Part shown: positions 12,170-23,706 of the stretch, one piece after another | Position numbering within the stretch: position 1 is the stretch's first letter | Layout of the letters: each line of letters opens with the position of its first letter | Source of the DNA: Mobula hypostoma | Lineage: Eukaryota | Length of the DNA: 64,000 nt | Reading direction: 5' to 3' | NCBI RefSeq assembly: GCF_963921235.1 | Contig: NC_086097.1 | Span: 163,186,001 to 163,250,000 of the forward strand | The notes under the pieces: generated by a model | Database searches by the model: none | What the model was told of the DNA's origin: nothing | What the model saw: only the letters and a program-made list of their open reading frames with translations | Made by a program: the position numbers and the translations under genes

Positions 12170-13375
12170 CTTACATTGAACAAGGTGAGGAAGAGTAATA
12201 GTCAGGGGAAGAGGGACAACATGAGGAAATGGGATCTGGTGAGGACTACACAGTGTGTCTCACTGAGTCAACTACCGTCATTAGAAGCAAAAATAAGAGC
12301 TACCCTCCATCCCCATGTGAGGAGTGCCGAGTCCCAGTCTTTAACAAAGAAGAACAGGACTATTGGAGGAACCAGTCCAACTTCTTGGGTTTTGGCATTC
12401 TGTTCTGCGGGAAGCTGGGAGGGGAGTAGTCTACTTCAGCCAACCTTGCCCTATAGTATGGGAATGGCCTTACAGAGCAGGAGTCACAGTAACCCCCATA
12501 GGAGTAAGTATCTTAAGGGCTGGTACTTCTCTACTTACGATTAAAGGTCTCAACTCAGAGAGTAATCCCTCTGCCAACGAGGAGGGGAAGGAGCATTGGT
12601 GTTGGCAGTATGAAGAGCACAGGTCCAACCAGTCAGTGGGGTACGGCAAGTGTGAGCAGGAGCAGTACCTTGGGATGACTGTGTCGACACTGAATGGTGC
12701 ACTCCTTGGATGCTAAACAGAACATGGTGGATATGCGGTGTCCGGGCCTACCCATGGCTTCCCACTGGATGGTATGGCTGCTGCTTTCTGGGGTATGTGA
12801 TACCATACATGCACCTCCTTAATGGCCTGGATGAGCACCCTGCCCACAGGAGTCGACACAGTAAGATGTGTCTCCCAGAGGCTGAAAGGTTCTGGATGAT
12901 AGCCTTTCCTCACTATGATGTGGTCAGGCTGTCTCAGGAACGGTACGCATACCCTCCGTGACAGAGACGCTGGCCAATGAGGCAGCCACAAAGATCAAGC
13001 ATACAGAAGGTGCACTGACCAGCTGAAGTGATGGCTACTCAGATGGTGGCCTCGCAAAATCAGATGGCCCTGGACTACCTGTGCTGTGAATGGTCAGGAG
13101 TGCTGCACCTATATCCCTGACGAGTCTGGGAACATCACTCACCTGGCTGATCATATCCAGGAGTCAGTTAATAAGATCAGGAAACTAGGGGGCCATCTCC
13201 ATAAATACTATACCTGGCGGGGCGGGGGGGGGAAGCTGGTGGTCTTTTCGAGCTGTAGTAACTGGTGTGCTGATAATGCTGGGTATTAGAGTGTTACGCT
13301 TTGTGTGTAGTATAGTGGGGCATCTGCAGAGGTTGTGTTAGCATGCGGGCCAAATATCATGGTGTTGTGGCTTTC
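12170..13375 (+). pseudogene. env: Retroviral env (gamma-type SU/TM), frameshifted
   Basis: TWWICGVRAYPWLPTGWYGCCFLGY; furin-like HRSRH; fusion-peptide-like RFWMIAFP; immunosuppressive-domain-like VASQNQMALDYL; GQECCTYIPDESGNIT. Confidence 0.85.
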
Positions 13376-13386
13376 GAGGGGTGGAT

Positions 13387-13829
13387 TGTTACAGCAAGTG
13401 TCTAACTTACCCGCTCGTCGGAAGGCACTCTCCCAAAGGAAGAGGCGATTAACTTGCAGAAGGAGTATTGCAGCCCCTCCCACTAGCTTCTACTTAGCTG
13501 ATGTCACGTTATCAGTAAACTTTAAATCTAGTGTGCGGAAACCGTGTGGCTTCTATTTACTCTCTGGGTCGCCGCTGACATCCAGCGCTGTGGAAACAGT
13601 AAACAGTTGAGGTGAGCTGCAGTAAAGAGGGACTGGGCGCACACTTTAGATAAGTATTTGCCACTTTGTATGTTTAGTGTCTATTTGTCCTGCCACTTAG
13701 GGTGCTCAGTTTAGATACACCTACAACTAAGTGTAACTTAAGGCAGAAGGCGGAAGATGGCAGCATGATGCAGCTCACAGCGGCCACTCTGGTGGTGATG
13801 ACCAAATTTCCCTCAGGATTAATAGAGTA

Positions 13830-13872
<43 letters not shown>

Positions 13873-14591
13873 GTCTGTTATTTGTCAAGTAGGGTGCCGT
13901 GCACAATCCTGATTTGATGGAGACGGACGTGAGAGCATGGAGGAACATCTGGTGAAACTTCTGAAATGCCTGTTGGCTGCTGCTGCTACTGTGTGGTCCA
14001 GAATCTCCAGAGGAGAAGGCCCTGAGTCCTCGGCTTTGCTTGTTGCTCGGCGGCTGGGGCGGCATCTAAGCACTCGGCAGAGGATGGTCCTCGGAGAGGC
14101 TATGTCGGAGGGGCTGGAGGCTCGAAGTTTTTGGATGGACTCAGAGTCCGCTGTGGTCGGGTGCTTCCAATTGTGCTGCATCGGCGAGTTGGTGGCGCTT
14201 GGAGGTTCATGGCAAGGAGATTTCCTCCCTTCTGCCACCTGCGTGAGATGATGAGTCTCTCTGGACTTTGAGACTTTTTTTTACCGTGCCCATGGTCTGC
14301 TCTTTATCAAATTATGGTATTGCTTTGCACTGTTGTAACTATATGTTATACTTATGTGGTTTTGTCAGTTTTAGTCTTGGTTTGTCCTGTGTTTTCTTGT
14401 GATATCATTCTGGAGGAACGTTGTATCATTTTTTAATGCATGCATTTCTAAATGACAATAAACAAAACTGAACTGAATGGTTTCTGAAATGTTTGGTGTT
14501 TGTCGTGTCCTGTAAATAGTTAAATTATTTACTGGTAGTGAGTGTCTTCTGTCCCTACTCATCAAATCTACGAACCTGATTTCACACAACA
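13387..14591 (+). repeat. ERV 3' LTR, interrupted by a ~740 bp non-autonomous element
   Basis: Starts TGTTACAGCAAGTGTC after the PPT; ends GAACCTGATTTCACACAACA. Confidence 0.85.
13741..14477 (+). mobile_element. Non-autonomous LINE-derived/SINE-like element (AAGATGGC head, AATAAA plus (AACTG)n tail) with a nested ~70 bp Rex1 3' end ending in (TATC)n
   Basis: Absent from the 5' LTR. A second copy at 40862-41533 (minus) lacks the 13801-13870 insert. Confidence 0.75.
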
Positions 14592-14849
14592 GTACTTCAG
14601 TTTAAAGTGGCTGGACCCTTATTCTGAAGCTCTGTCCCCTCCTTTAGGTCTCTCCCACTGGTGAACACTTCTGGATACCTCTACTGTCATGCCCTCTTAG
14701 GAACTTAGTGCTTCAATAGAATCACTTACTCACTTGTGAGGCTTCTTCCTCACAACCAATTATATGATTAATATCAATTACATCGGCTTTTGTTTTTGCT
14801 AATAATTACTTGAAACTTTTCAGGTGGCTTCTGAAAATCCAAATAGACC

Positions 14850-14990
14850 AGATTCCAGGCAAAAGGCTTCAACCTGAAATATTGACTGTCCACCTCCCCC
14901 CACAGATGCTACCTGACCCGCTGAGTTCCTCCAACAGTTTTATTTGTGGTCCAGATTCTAGCATCTACAAACGTTTGTATTTCTTGTGTG
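14850..14990 (+). mobile_element. Degenerate PLE pseudo-LTR and tail
   Basis: CCTGAAATATTGACTG...CAGATGCT.CCTGACCCGCTGAGTTCCTCCA...AGCATCT; the hammerhead CUGAnGA core is lost. Confidence 0.6.
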
Positions 14991-17840
14991 TTCAGATGAT
15001 ATCCTTGAAAACACTGTTCAAGGAGGTATCTGAAAGAGGAAGTACCTCAATGTAGGAAATTCTGTCTTTTGGATGCGGTGTTAAATATGGCACTTGCTAC
15101 TTAAATGGACATAAAGATCCTTCAATATTCACAGAAATAGGTGAGATTTTTTATTATCTTGGATTCTTCCCTCAACCAATCACAAAAAAGAGGTTAGGTG
15201 GTCATGTGCGTTACTGTCATTTGTGGGAATTCTCCGTGAATAAATTGGTTGCTGTGTTTTGCTGCATTATGGTAGTGAATATGTGTTAAAATACCTTTAA
15301 TGCTTCACTAAGATTTATAAATGTTTGTCTAGCTTTTTTTACATGTGCAAGCCTTCCCCTTTACACCATCAGTGACCTTTTCAAAAATTTTAACTGGATT
15401 AGTCAGACATGAGCTGCCCTTTACAGCTGAATATTCCTTGCTGAATATTTTTAATCATTTCGTACTTGTCACCTGTCATGTCATTGACGGCAGGCTCCCA
15501 TAAACCTCCTCACAACATCTGGAATGTACCCATTAAAATCCCAATTCCCAAACTGTGCACATTTTTGACAAGCACAGAGGGAATTTTCTCACCCTTTTTC
15601 TCTTATTACACCAGGATTGAAACTGCCAGGTGGTGGAGATTTGTTGATCTTATCCCCCATCATTTCCTCCATTACTATTTTTGAACCTACGTTGAGTTCT
15701 GTAGGATTAATTTTAGCTTCACTTGTGCTGCTGGGTATTTTGTTCTCTTCTGCTGCTGTGTGATACAAATGAGCAATTGTGCCATTTTCTCATTGTCAGT
15801 TTATCTGGTCATTATCACACTGTGATTCAGGTGAGCTTAGTGTATGCAAGTAACTGCTAGGTTTTCAGATCATCATAGTGATTATTCTTCAAAGAAAATA
15901 CCCTATATTTGGCTGGAAAGCATTTTGGATATCCCAATTTCATGAAGGGTGCTTTTTATTTATACTCCTATTGGATTTGCATGAAAGAAACTAAATTCCA
16001 TTCTGTTTTTCCAAGCATACTTTTAAAGAAATTTGATTGTTTGCTTTACATTCACATTCCGTTTCTTGCTGAACTTATTATGTCCTCATTTGGAAATATA
16101 TCTGCAGCCATGGAAACTTTCATCCCGTGAGCCTAGGCTGGATAATGAACCCTAAAGGCAGAGTCACTACTGCACCAGAGTGGTGAGTCACATAATCATT
16201 GACAGCATTGTGCTGTTTTGATAAAGGATGTTACATTGCACAAAAAACAAATGTACTTTTTGCACTCCAACTCACTTATTCAGATTAATGTCACTTTGAG
16301 AGATCAAGGGTAACAGTAACCCATCACTTCTGTCTCAAGAATATAAAGGAAAGTGGGGCTTACACAGTGTACTTAGGTATTCTAGAGTGATTCCAACAGT
16401 GATCAACAGGTTCTGGAGAAATCTGAATAAAATAGTTCTGGGATTGAGGAAACTGAGTCACAGTATTATTTATGTAAATGATTTTGATGTAACTGTACAA
16501 GGCTTGATTAGTAAATTTGTGTATGACACAAAATTAGGAGGTGTTGTTAATAGTGAAGAAGGTTGTCCTATATTACAGAGGGATTGTGATCAGTTAGGGA
16601 AGTGAGGTAAGGAGGGCAAATTGATTTCAATATGAAGTGATGCATTTTGGAAAGTCAAGCCAATGTAGGTTTCATACTATGAAGGCACCCTGAAGGTTAA
16701 CTTGCCAGTTGAGTCAGTGGTGAGGAATGCAAATGCCATGTCAGCATTCATTTCAAGAGGTTTAGAATACAAGAGCAAGGATGTGATGCTGAGTCTTTAT
16801 AAGGCACTGGTGAGGCCTCACCTTGAGTATTGTGAACAGTTTTGGGCCCCTTATCTTAGAAAAGATGTGCTGGCATCGGAGAGGGTCCAGAGGAGGTTCA
16901 CAAGGATGATTTCAGGAATGAAAGGGTTATACGAGGAACATTTGATGGCGCTGGGTCTATACTCGCTGGAATTCAGAAGATGAAGTGGGATCTCATTGAA
17001 ACCTTTCGAATGTTGAAAGGCCTAGACAGAGTAGATGTGGAAAGGATGTTTTCCATGGTGGGAGAATCTAGGACAAAAGGATAGAGGGGCGACCTTTCAA
17101 AACAGATGTGGCGAAATTTCTTCAGCCAAAGGGTTTTAAATTTGTGGAATTTGTCACCACGTGCAACTGTGGAGGCCAGGTTGTTGTGTGTATTTACGGC
17201 AGAGATTGATAGGTTCTTGATTGGACATGGGATCAAAGGTTACGGCAAGAAGTCCAGGAACTGGGGTTGAGGAGCAGGAAAAAAAGGATCAGCCATGATT
17301 GAATGGCGGAGCAAACTTGATGGACCAGATTGCCTAATTCTGCTCCTATGACTTATGGTCTTATGGTAGGATAGTATGGAGAGCAATGGACCAGAGGAAC
17401 AAGTGAATAATTTGCTGAAAGCAGCAGCACAAATATTTATAAGGTGATGATATTGGCATTTAGCAGCTTGGCTTTATCAGTCAGAGCATTGTGTATAGGA
17501 TTTGAGTTTGTTGCAGTTAGATAAGTCATTGGTAAGGCTACACGGAGTACTGTGTAAATGTTGGTGAAACTTATAGGAAAGATGTGATTGACTGGAAAGA
17601 GTGCAGAGAAGATGTTGTCAGGATTAGAGAGCCTAAGTTAAATGGAAGGGTTGGCCAGGTTAGGTCCTTATTCATTGGAATTTAGGAGAATGAGGGGCAA
17701 CTTTAATGAAGTGTTTATAATGATGAGAGCATAGATAAAGTGCAAACAACAGGAATTCTGCAGATGCTGGAAATTCAAGCAACACACATCAAAGTTGTTG
17801 GTGAACACAGCAGGCCAGGCAGCATCTCTAGGAAGAGGTA

Positions 17841-17876
17841 CAGTCGACGTTTCAGGCCGAGACCCTTCGTCAGGAC
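17841..17876 (-). ncRNA. Minimal type I hammerhead ribozyme motif
   Basis: Minus strand reads GUC-CUGACGA-AGGGUCUCGGCCU-GAAA-CG-UC-GACUG: intact core, stem I GUC/GAC, stem II AGG/CCU, palindromic ACGU in place of stem III. Confidence 0.75.
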
Positions 17877-17884
17877 GGCCTTTC

Positions 17885-17920
17885 GTCCTGACGAAGGGTC
17901 TCAGCCTGAAACGTCGACTG
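17885..17920 (+). ncRNA. Minimal type I hammerhead ribozyme motif
   Basis: GUC-CUGACGA-AGGGUCUCAGCCU-GAAA-CG-UC-GACUG; predicted cleavage after C17915. Confidence 0.75.
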
Positions 17921-18403
17921 CACCTCTTCCTAGAGATGCTGCCTGGCCTGCTGCGTTCACTAACAACTTTGATGTGTGTTGCATAGATAAAGTGTTTGGT
18001 TTCAATCCTTTCCTCAGGGTAGAGGAAACCAAACCCAGGGGCACAGGATTATTGTGAGAGGGGAAAGATTTAAGAGGGATCTGAGGAGCAGCTTATTCCC
18101 ACAGGGTATGGTGGGTATATAGAATGAACGGCAGAGAAGGTGGTGTGACAGGTATAATAGCATCACTTTAGAAGCACTGGACAGGTACCTGCAGGATAGA
18201 TATGGGCTGAATGCAGGAAATTGGGACTGGCTGGGTGGGCACAGTAATCAGCATGGACTGGGCGTTCCAAAGGGCCTGTATTCATCTTGTATTGCTCTAT
18301 GATACTGTAACATTGGTGGCTGGGTTTGTTCTCTTTAAAGAAGGTAGGGCATTTGACATATGCATCAAGGATCAAGATGGACAGGGAAGATGTTCCTATG
18401 GAC

Positions 18404-19369
18404 TGTCACGTACCCCGTGATGAGAATAAAGAACCAGCAGAGATTGAAAACACTTTGGAGTCCAGTATTGCCATTAACTAATAATATTTATTAGTAACTA
18501 CGCAACACAGTAATATAAATGTAGATAAATCAAACAGGTTAGCAATGATTATATAACAGTAAGTGTGGAATATATATGTATGAAAAACAAAGCTTCTTTA
18601 AGTCTAGGGGTAAAAAGATACAGCCTTACGATGATAAGTAAAGTTCAGTTCAGTTCGTGGTATTGAGTTGAGCAATGATGGAGAGAGAGAGAGAGAGGGA
18701 GAGATTTGAGTCTTCAGTTGAGCTGACACCGTCGATCTTCTCGTTGTCCTTCGAAATCCTTTAAAAGTCACCGACAGTGACTTTAACAAAGAGGACCGGT
18801 TTTCTGTGGTGGAGCTATTCCCCAGGCGAGGGTGGACACATGGACAACTTCCCACCAGTCAACCCTTTTCCTCCTTTCCACTGCAAGAGTGACGGATCGA
18901 TCAGCTTGATCGATCCTCCAAAACCCACTTTTCCTGCGGGCACAATAATGCTCATTCAGTGTCCAGAATATGTGTCTGAGGTCTATTATCTGACCTCCTA
19001 TTTTATCTTCCCGTGCTGAGCATCAACTGTCATTCAAATAATCCCTCCTTCCTCTCTCTGTGAAGAAATGCAAGCAGGCAAAAGTCCTTGAAGAAGTATC
19101 AACAACCTGCCGAAAATCATAACATCAGTTGTCCATTTAATAACGCCCTCGGTCACCATAGCAACTCACGAGCTGCTCGGTGCTATCTCCACTTCAGCAG
19201 AAATCCAACAGTTAACCAGTTCTTTCTCGTTCCTTAAAGTGACAGTCCAACAGTTAGTCTTCATCTCTCTCTCTCTCTCTCTTTCCAAAACAACATGTCA
19301 GTGTTAAATAACTATCTCTCTCTCTTTTCAAAAGCACAGTTCATAGGGGTAATTCAGGATCCCGTCACA
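18404..19369. mobile_element. Solo LTR (966 bp)
   Basis: TGTCAC...GTCACA termini; 4-bp TSD GGAC at 18400-18403 and 19370-19373; no coding content. Confidence 0.8.
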
Positions 19370-21991
19370 GGACCAACAGGAAAAGATCAAAATATGGGGC
19401 AAATGATTAAAGAGGATATAAGGAAAATATATATATTGTCCTCACAGAATTAATAATCTGTATTTTGTTGTTCATGAGTGAGGGGACATGATGGAAAAAG
19501 TATCAATGTATATCTACAAAAGGAGTAGGATAGACATTGGGTAATATTTTACGGAAACAGCGAGCCAGTGGGAGTTCTCTGCTAGGAACCAGCAGAGATT
19601 TAATGGGCTGATTGACCATTACTGTAGTAACATTTCTAGGATTCCATGATGTTGCAGAGGTGGGCTGTGTAATTCACCAATGAATTTTCAAAAAATGTAT
19701 CAGTTAAATCAGTGCAAACATCTCTGTGCTTTGTAATGTTGTAGAAGGTGTTAATGTTGCAAAGCATTTAACTAAATCATACTATGGTAATTTTTAAAAC
19801 CTAAAGACAAAGCATGATGAAAGGTGAATATCATTGTTTCAATAATATTGTGGGGTCTCAACATTGTCCTAATTAGAGCGAAAGCAAATCATCCTCAATT
19901 CCAAGAGATGAGCTTAGAAAAAAAGAATCACTATTTACTTTCATAGATTGCAATGCGTTTAGTTACCAAATTGTTAGTTTTAAATAAGGGCCAGAGTGCT
20001 GAACAATGATTAATTCATAAATTATCCTCTCTTTACTCTAGATTACTGCTGTATGCAACTGAAAATTAATTTTGTTCAAGTTGATTCATAATAACAAGAC
20101 AAGTGATGTTTAGTGCTCAGGAGTTTCAAGTGTATATTAAATGCTGCTTCTTTAATTCTAAAAGTCAAAAAACATGCAGACAAACCTCAGAAAATCTACT
20201 GTAATACGAGTGATCTGTTTGTATATAGGATTCCTGATGCCCTGATTATAAGGCCAAGTGACAGAAGCAGCTGTACTCTCAGATTTGGTGTCACTTTAAT
20301 TGCCCTCGTCAGCAATTACAAAAACGATGCACTCTTTGACATGCCGAGCTCACCAAGAAGACTTGTTTTTTTCATTGTAAGTACCTGCACTATATTCAGA
20401 AAATTACATTACAATTCAGATTTTTACCTTATTGATTTAAATACTGCTTTGAGTGACAATAATGTTGTTAATAAGCAATATTTTTCCAATATTATTGTAA
20501 ATAAATCTTCATCACAGCTTGATAGACGGGAATTTGTAGCTTTTAAAGTATCAACTACTTTAAATCACCCGTGTATTTATCCAAATGTTGGTTATGATTT
20601 TACTAAAACACTAAAAGTTGGTGCTGCAGGACTTAAATTCTCTGAGATTACAGTGCTCCAATTTATTACATAAACTTCTGATATTCCATTATTTTGTATC
20701 TCTGTTTTAACACTGAATTTTCTTCTGAACATTGATATATATTACAGAAATTGATACATAATGTCTTGCAATTGGATTATGTTCAGAAAATATTTCTCCC
20801 AGCAGCTTTCTTCTTTGCCAAATAAACAAGTGTTTCTCATGAGCAGAACCCAGCTGGGAGTTTTATCAAGTCTGTTCTTATTCCACTCTTTTTATCTGGG
20901 TGAGTGAAGTTGAATACTAATGCATACAGAGTCCTGGGTTCATTTGTAGAGGCTTATTCCAAGAAGCTGGATCACATCCATTTTTGAATTAAAATAGTGA
21001 GCACATCATGCTAATACCCAACCTACTATCCAGAAAATATGAAGTCGATAGTCAAAATCCCTTTTAGAAAAGAGTTAATGTAGTTTACATTCAGAAACAA
21101 GAGCTAAAACAGATTCTATGCAGTTCCCACTGGGACCTCAACCACTGTTGTGCATCTCCCAACATTTTAATGGGAAAATGGAGTCAGAGCTTGAAATCAC
21201 ATTTTGCATGGGTGGTCATCCCAGCAATGTATATTGGCTCTGGTGGAGGAGGCTGCCTCTCAGGGCAAGGGAGAGAACTCCCATCATTACACAGAGGAAC
21301 ATACCAGTACTCACTCACGAGGTAAGTGCCAGGAAGAAGGTCCTGTGCAGCCTCAGGGTCAAGATGCCTGTCAGACCCACTGTAATAAGAACCTGTCCTT
21401 ACACAATGGAGAAATGCTGATACAACTTTCATCATCTCACATGATATGTCAAGATGATCTGCACATCACTATTTATATGTGTAGAGAGCAGGATCTTCTC
21501 AGGGAATGATTTAACATGGAGATCTGAATTCTTTAAATTGGACCAGCACAGCAAGATTGAAGTAGGTTTGAAAGCTCACCTGGGTCCTTCTTGTGGATTA
21601 TTGATATACTCTTATTGAGGATTGCTTTGTGAAAAGGTTCACTTCATCGGCATTGGCAAGTCCTACAATGTAGAAATCTTATGAAAATCCATTCAGAAAC
21701 TTCATATTCTTTGGGGATAAGGGCTGCTTCCTTTGCACCTCTGGGAGGTGAGGCTGCGGATGCTGAGCTGGGCTGTTACCCTGGTAATGATTGGCACGTG
21801 CCTGTCTCTCCATCTTCTGCTGTGCTTCTCCCTTCACCTCATGACCTTCCGGCTCCAGGTCTCCTTTGCTGGTCTTCCTGCTGTCCGTGCTTTGCTAGAG
21901 TATGTGACATGCAGCACACAATGAAGAAGTCGTTGCCCCTGCCCACAGGGATCTTTACTTTTACCCTTGTATTGTTGTTGGTAATGACATA

Positions 21992-22626
21992 TGTAAGAGG
22001 TTTCTTCTTTTATGTTACTGCTAAGGCTAATAAAATGGCTTCTTTGTTATGTTATAATAAAAATGGCTTTCCTGTAATAATAACTGCAATGTAAAGAGTT
22101 TTCTCTCTCTCTGTTTGTTTGGGTTATATTATGGATAAGAGAGAGGATGAACCAATGAGTGTCTATGTTATTCTTTCTGTGGGTGATATTCTGTCTCATA
22201 TGGCTGGGAACCGTGTAGTTTGGCGGGCTTTTGGGAGGAGACCCGAAGAGGAAGGACGTGCTGGACGTGCTCTGGTTGACCACCGCGGTTGGTCCCGAGC
22301 GGCGAGTCGAGGAGGTCGGAGGGGATCGAATGGTGGAAAGAGGACTCTGTTAATTGAGCTCCAACTGTTGGGCACGAAGGGGTTGAACTTTGATAAGTTT
22401 GGCGCCTTTTACTTTCCCTTTTATATTGTATCTCTATTAATTACATAGTTCCAGTAAGATTTATAAAGTGTAATCTGTAAATCGTACGTTGTGTGCTGTC
22501 TGATATTTGATGTGTGAGCTTGTACCAGGGTGCATTACACAGCAACTACGCAAACGTGAGACATGGTTTGGTGGGCGGACGGGGTTTCCCCGAGACAAAC
22601 ACGAGCCGATAGACCTGAGCGTTACA
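21992..22626 (+). mobile_element. Solo LTR (635 bp), same family as the LTR at 45518-46231
   Basis: TGTAAG...GTTACA termini; TSD CATA at 21988-21991 and 22627-22630. Confidence 0.85.
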
Positions 22627-23059
22627 CATACAACCTTGAGAAGCCAATAGCGATTCCCATTGCTGTCCTAGCACTTGTCACCTCTGTACTCTGTACTATA
22701 GTCGGAGAGCACACTAGTATGAAGAGCCAGAGGAGCAGATGGTAGTCCCTGTTCCCCCCATCCCCACCCATTCCTCTGAACTGTTGATGAAAATATTTGA
22801 CGGTACAACCAGTGTGGATGAATGATCATGTACCTTGACCTTCACCGGAAGGACGTTCTTCTTCTGATCCATTCTGAGGGAGGCAGAAACTGATAATAGG
22901 ATATTTCTTGCTCATAATAAGTACAAACATATTAAAGGAAGCCCTTATGAATGCATCTGATAGTTTCCCGCATACATGGGAGAGTAATGTTGCTAAAAAA
23001 ATTCCATTGTCCAAGGTGCAACTGTTCATCTGTGAATTCAAAATAGGAGGAACTATCTC

Positions 23060-23706
23060 ACAATGAAAATCATGAGGAGCATGTGTAATCTCTCAGCATA
23101 TACTTGATGGAGTTCAGGATGAGGGAAGATCTTACTGAATCCTACTTACTTACTTACTTAAGTCCGTCACCCCTACTGGGACATAGGCTGCCGACAGCAA
23201 CTCACCAGAGTACCTCATTGTAGGCCATTCCTTCAAGCTGTCTCCAGATGTAGCCCAACGAAGATCTCTCCTCTCCCAGGAATGAGGTCTCTGGAGCTTC
23301 TGTTCATGATTCTGTAGCGTTGGGTATTTATGGGATGGGTTGCTCGCCCCTTGCCCAGCATTAAAACCTACAAAATATTGAAAAGACTAGATGGAGTGGA
23401 TGGAGAGAGAATGTTTCCATTGGTAGGAGTCCAGGATCCATTGCTAGGAGCTTCAGCATAAAGGAATATCCCTTTAAAACTGAGAGGAGGAGAAATTTCT
23501 TCTGCCAGAGGGTGGTGAAAATGGAATTTATTGCCACAGAGCGTTGTAGAAGCCAAATCCTCAGGTGTATTTAAAGTGGAGATGAATAGATTCTTGATTG
23601 GTCAGGGGGTTAAGAGTTACAGAGAGAAAGCAGGAGAATGGGGTTGAAATAGTGGAGAAGACTTCATGAGCTGAATGGCTTCATTCCACTTCTATGTTAT
23701 GGTCTA
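23060..23706 (+). mobile_element. CR1 3' fragment carrying a ~220 bp minus-strand insert with a (TAAG)n tail (RTE-like, ~23143-23360)
   Basis: CR1 C-terminal sequence and TTATGGTCT tail; CTTACTTACTTACTTA tract at the edge of the insert. Confidence 0.65.

Larger units (their letters stand above)
11065..14591 (+). mobile_element. Endogenous retrovirus provirus, pol-deleted (LTR, gag N-terminus, env, LTR), class III-like, inserted in a minus-strand CR1 3' end
   Basis: Two TG...CA LTRs, a PBS, a PPT GAGGGGTGGAT (13376-13386), env motifs, and a 5-bp TSD GTGCT/GTACT with one mismatch. Confidence 0.85.
17743..17980. mobile_element. Palindromic PLE-derived insertion A, with hammerhead motifs on both strands
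   Basis: 99-bp inverted arms 17779-17877 and 17884-17982 (4 mismatches), plus a 36-nt tail. TSD GCATAGATAAAGTG at 17729-17742 and 17981-17994. Confidence 0.9.
16455..18305 (+). mobile_element. Two nested CR1 3' portions (younger ~16690-17367 inside an older copy)
   Basis: ISKFVYDTKLGG; ALVRPHLEYCEQFWAPY; CR1 tail TTATGGTCTTATGG at ~17353-17366. Confidence 0.85.

Noticed and set aside
12710..13289. env as a co-opted syncytin-like gene
   Set aside because: Broken into several frames by frameshifts and stops, with a deletion in the ISD-CX6CC region.
20113..20673. 186-aa ORF
   Set aside because: Non-ATG start, AT-rich and no recognisable domain; probably a chance ORF.
21150..22860. Possible ancient PIF/Harbinger remnant (faint Myb-like and transposase-like words) around the solo LTR
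   Set aside because: Too degenerate, and no TIR or TSD could be identified by eye.
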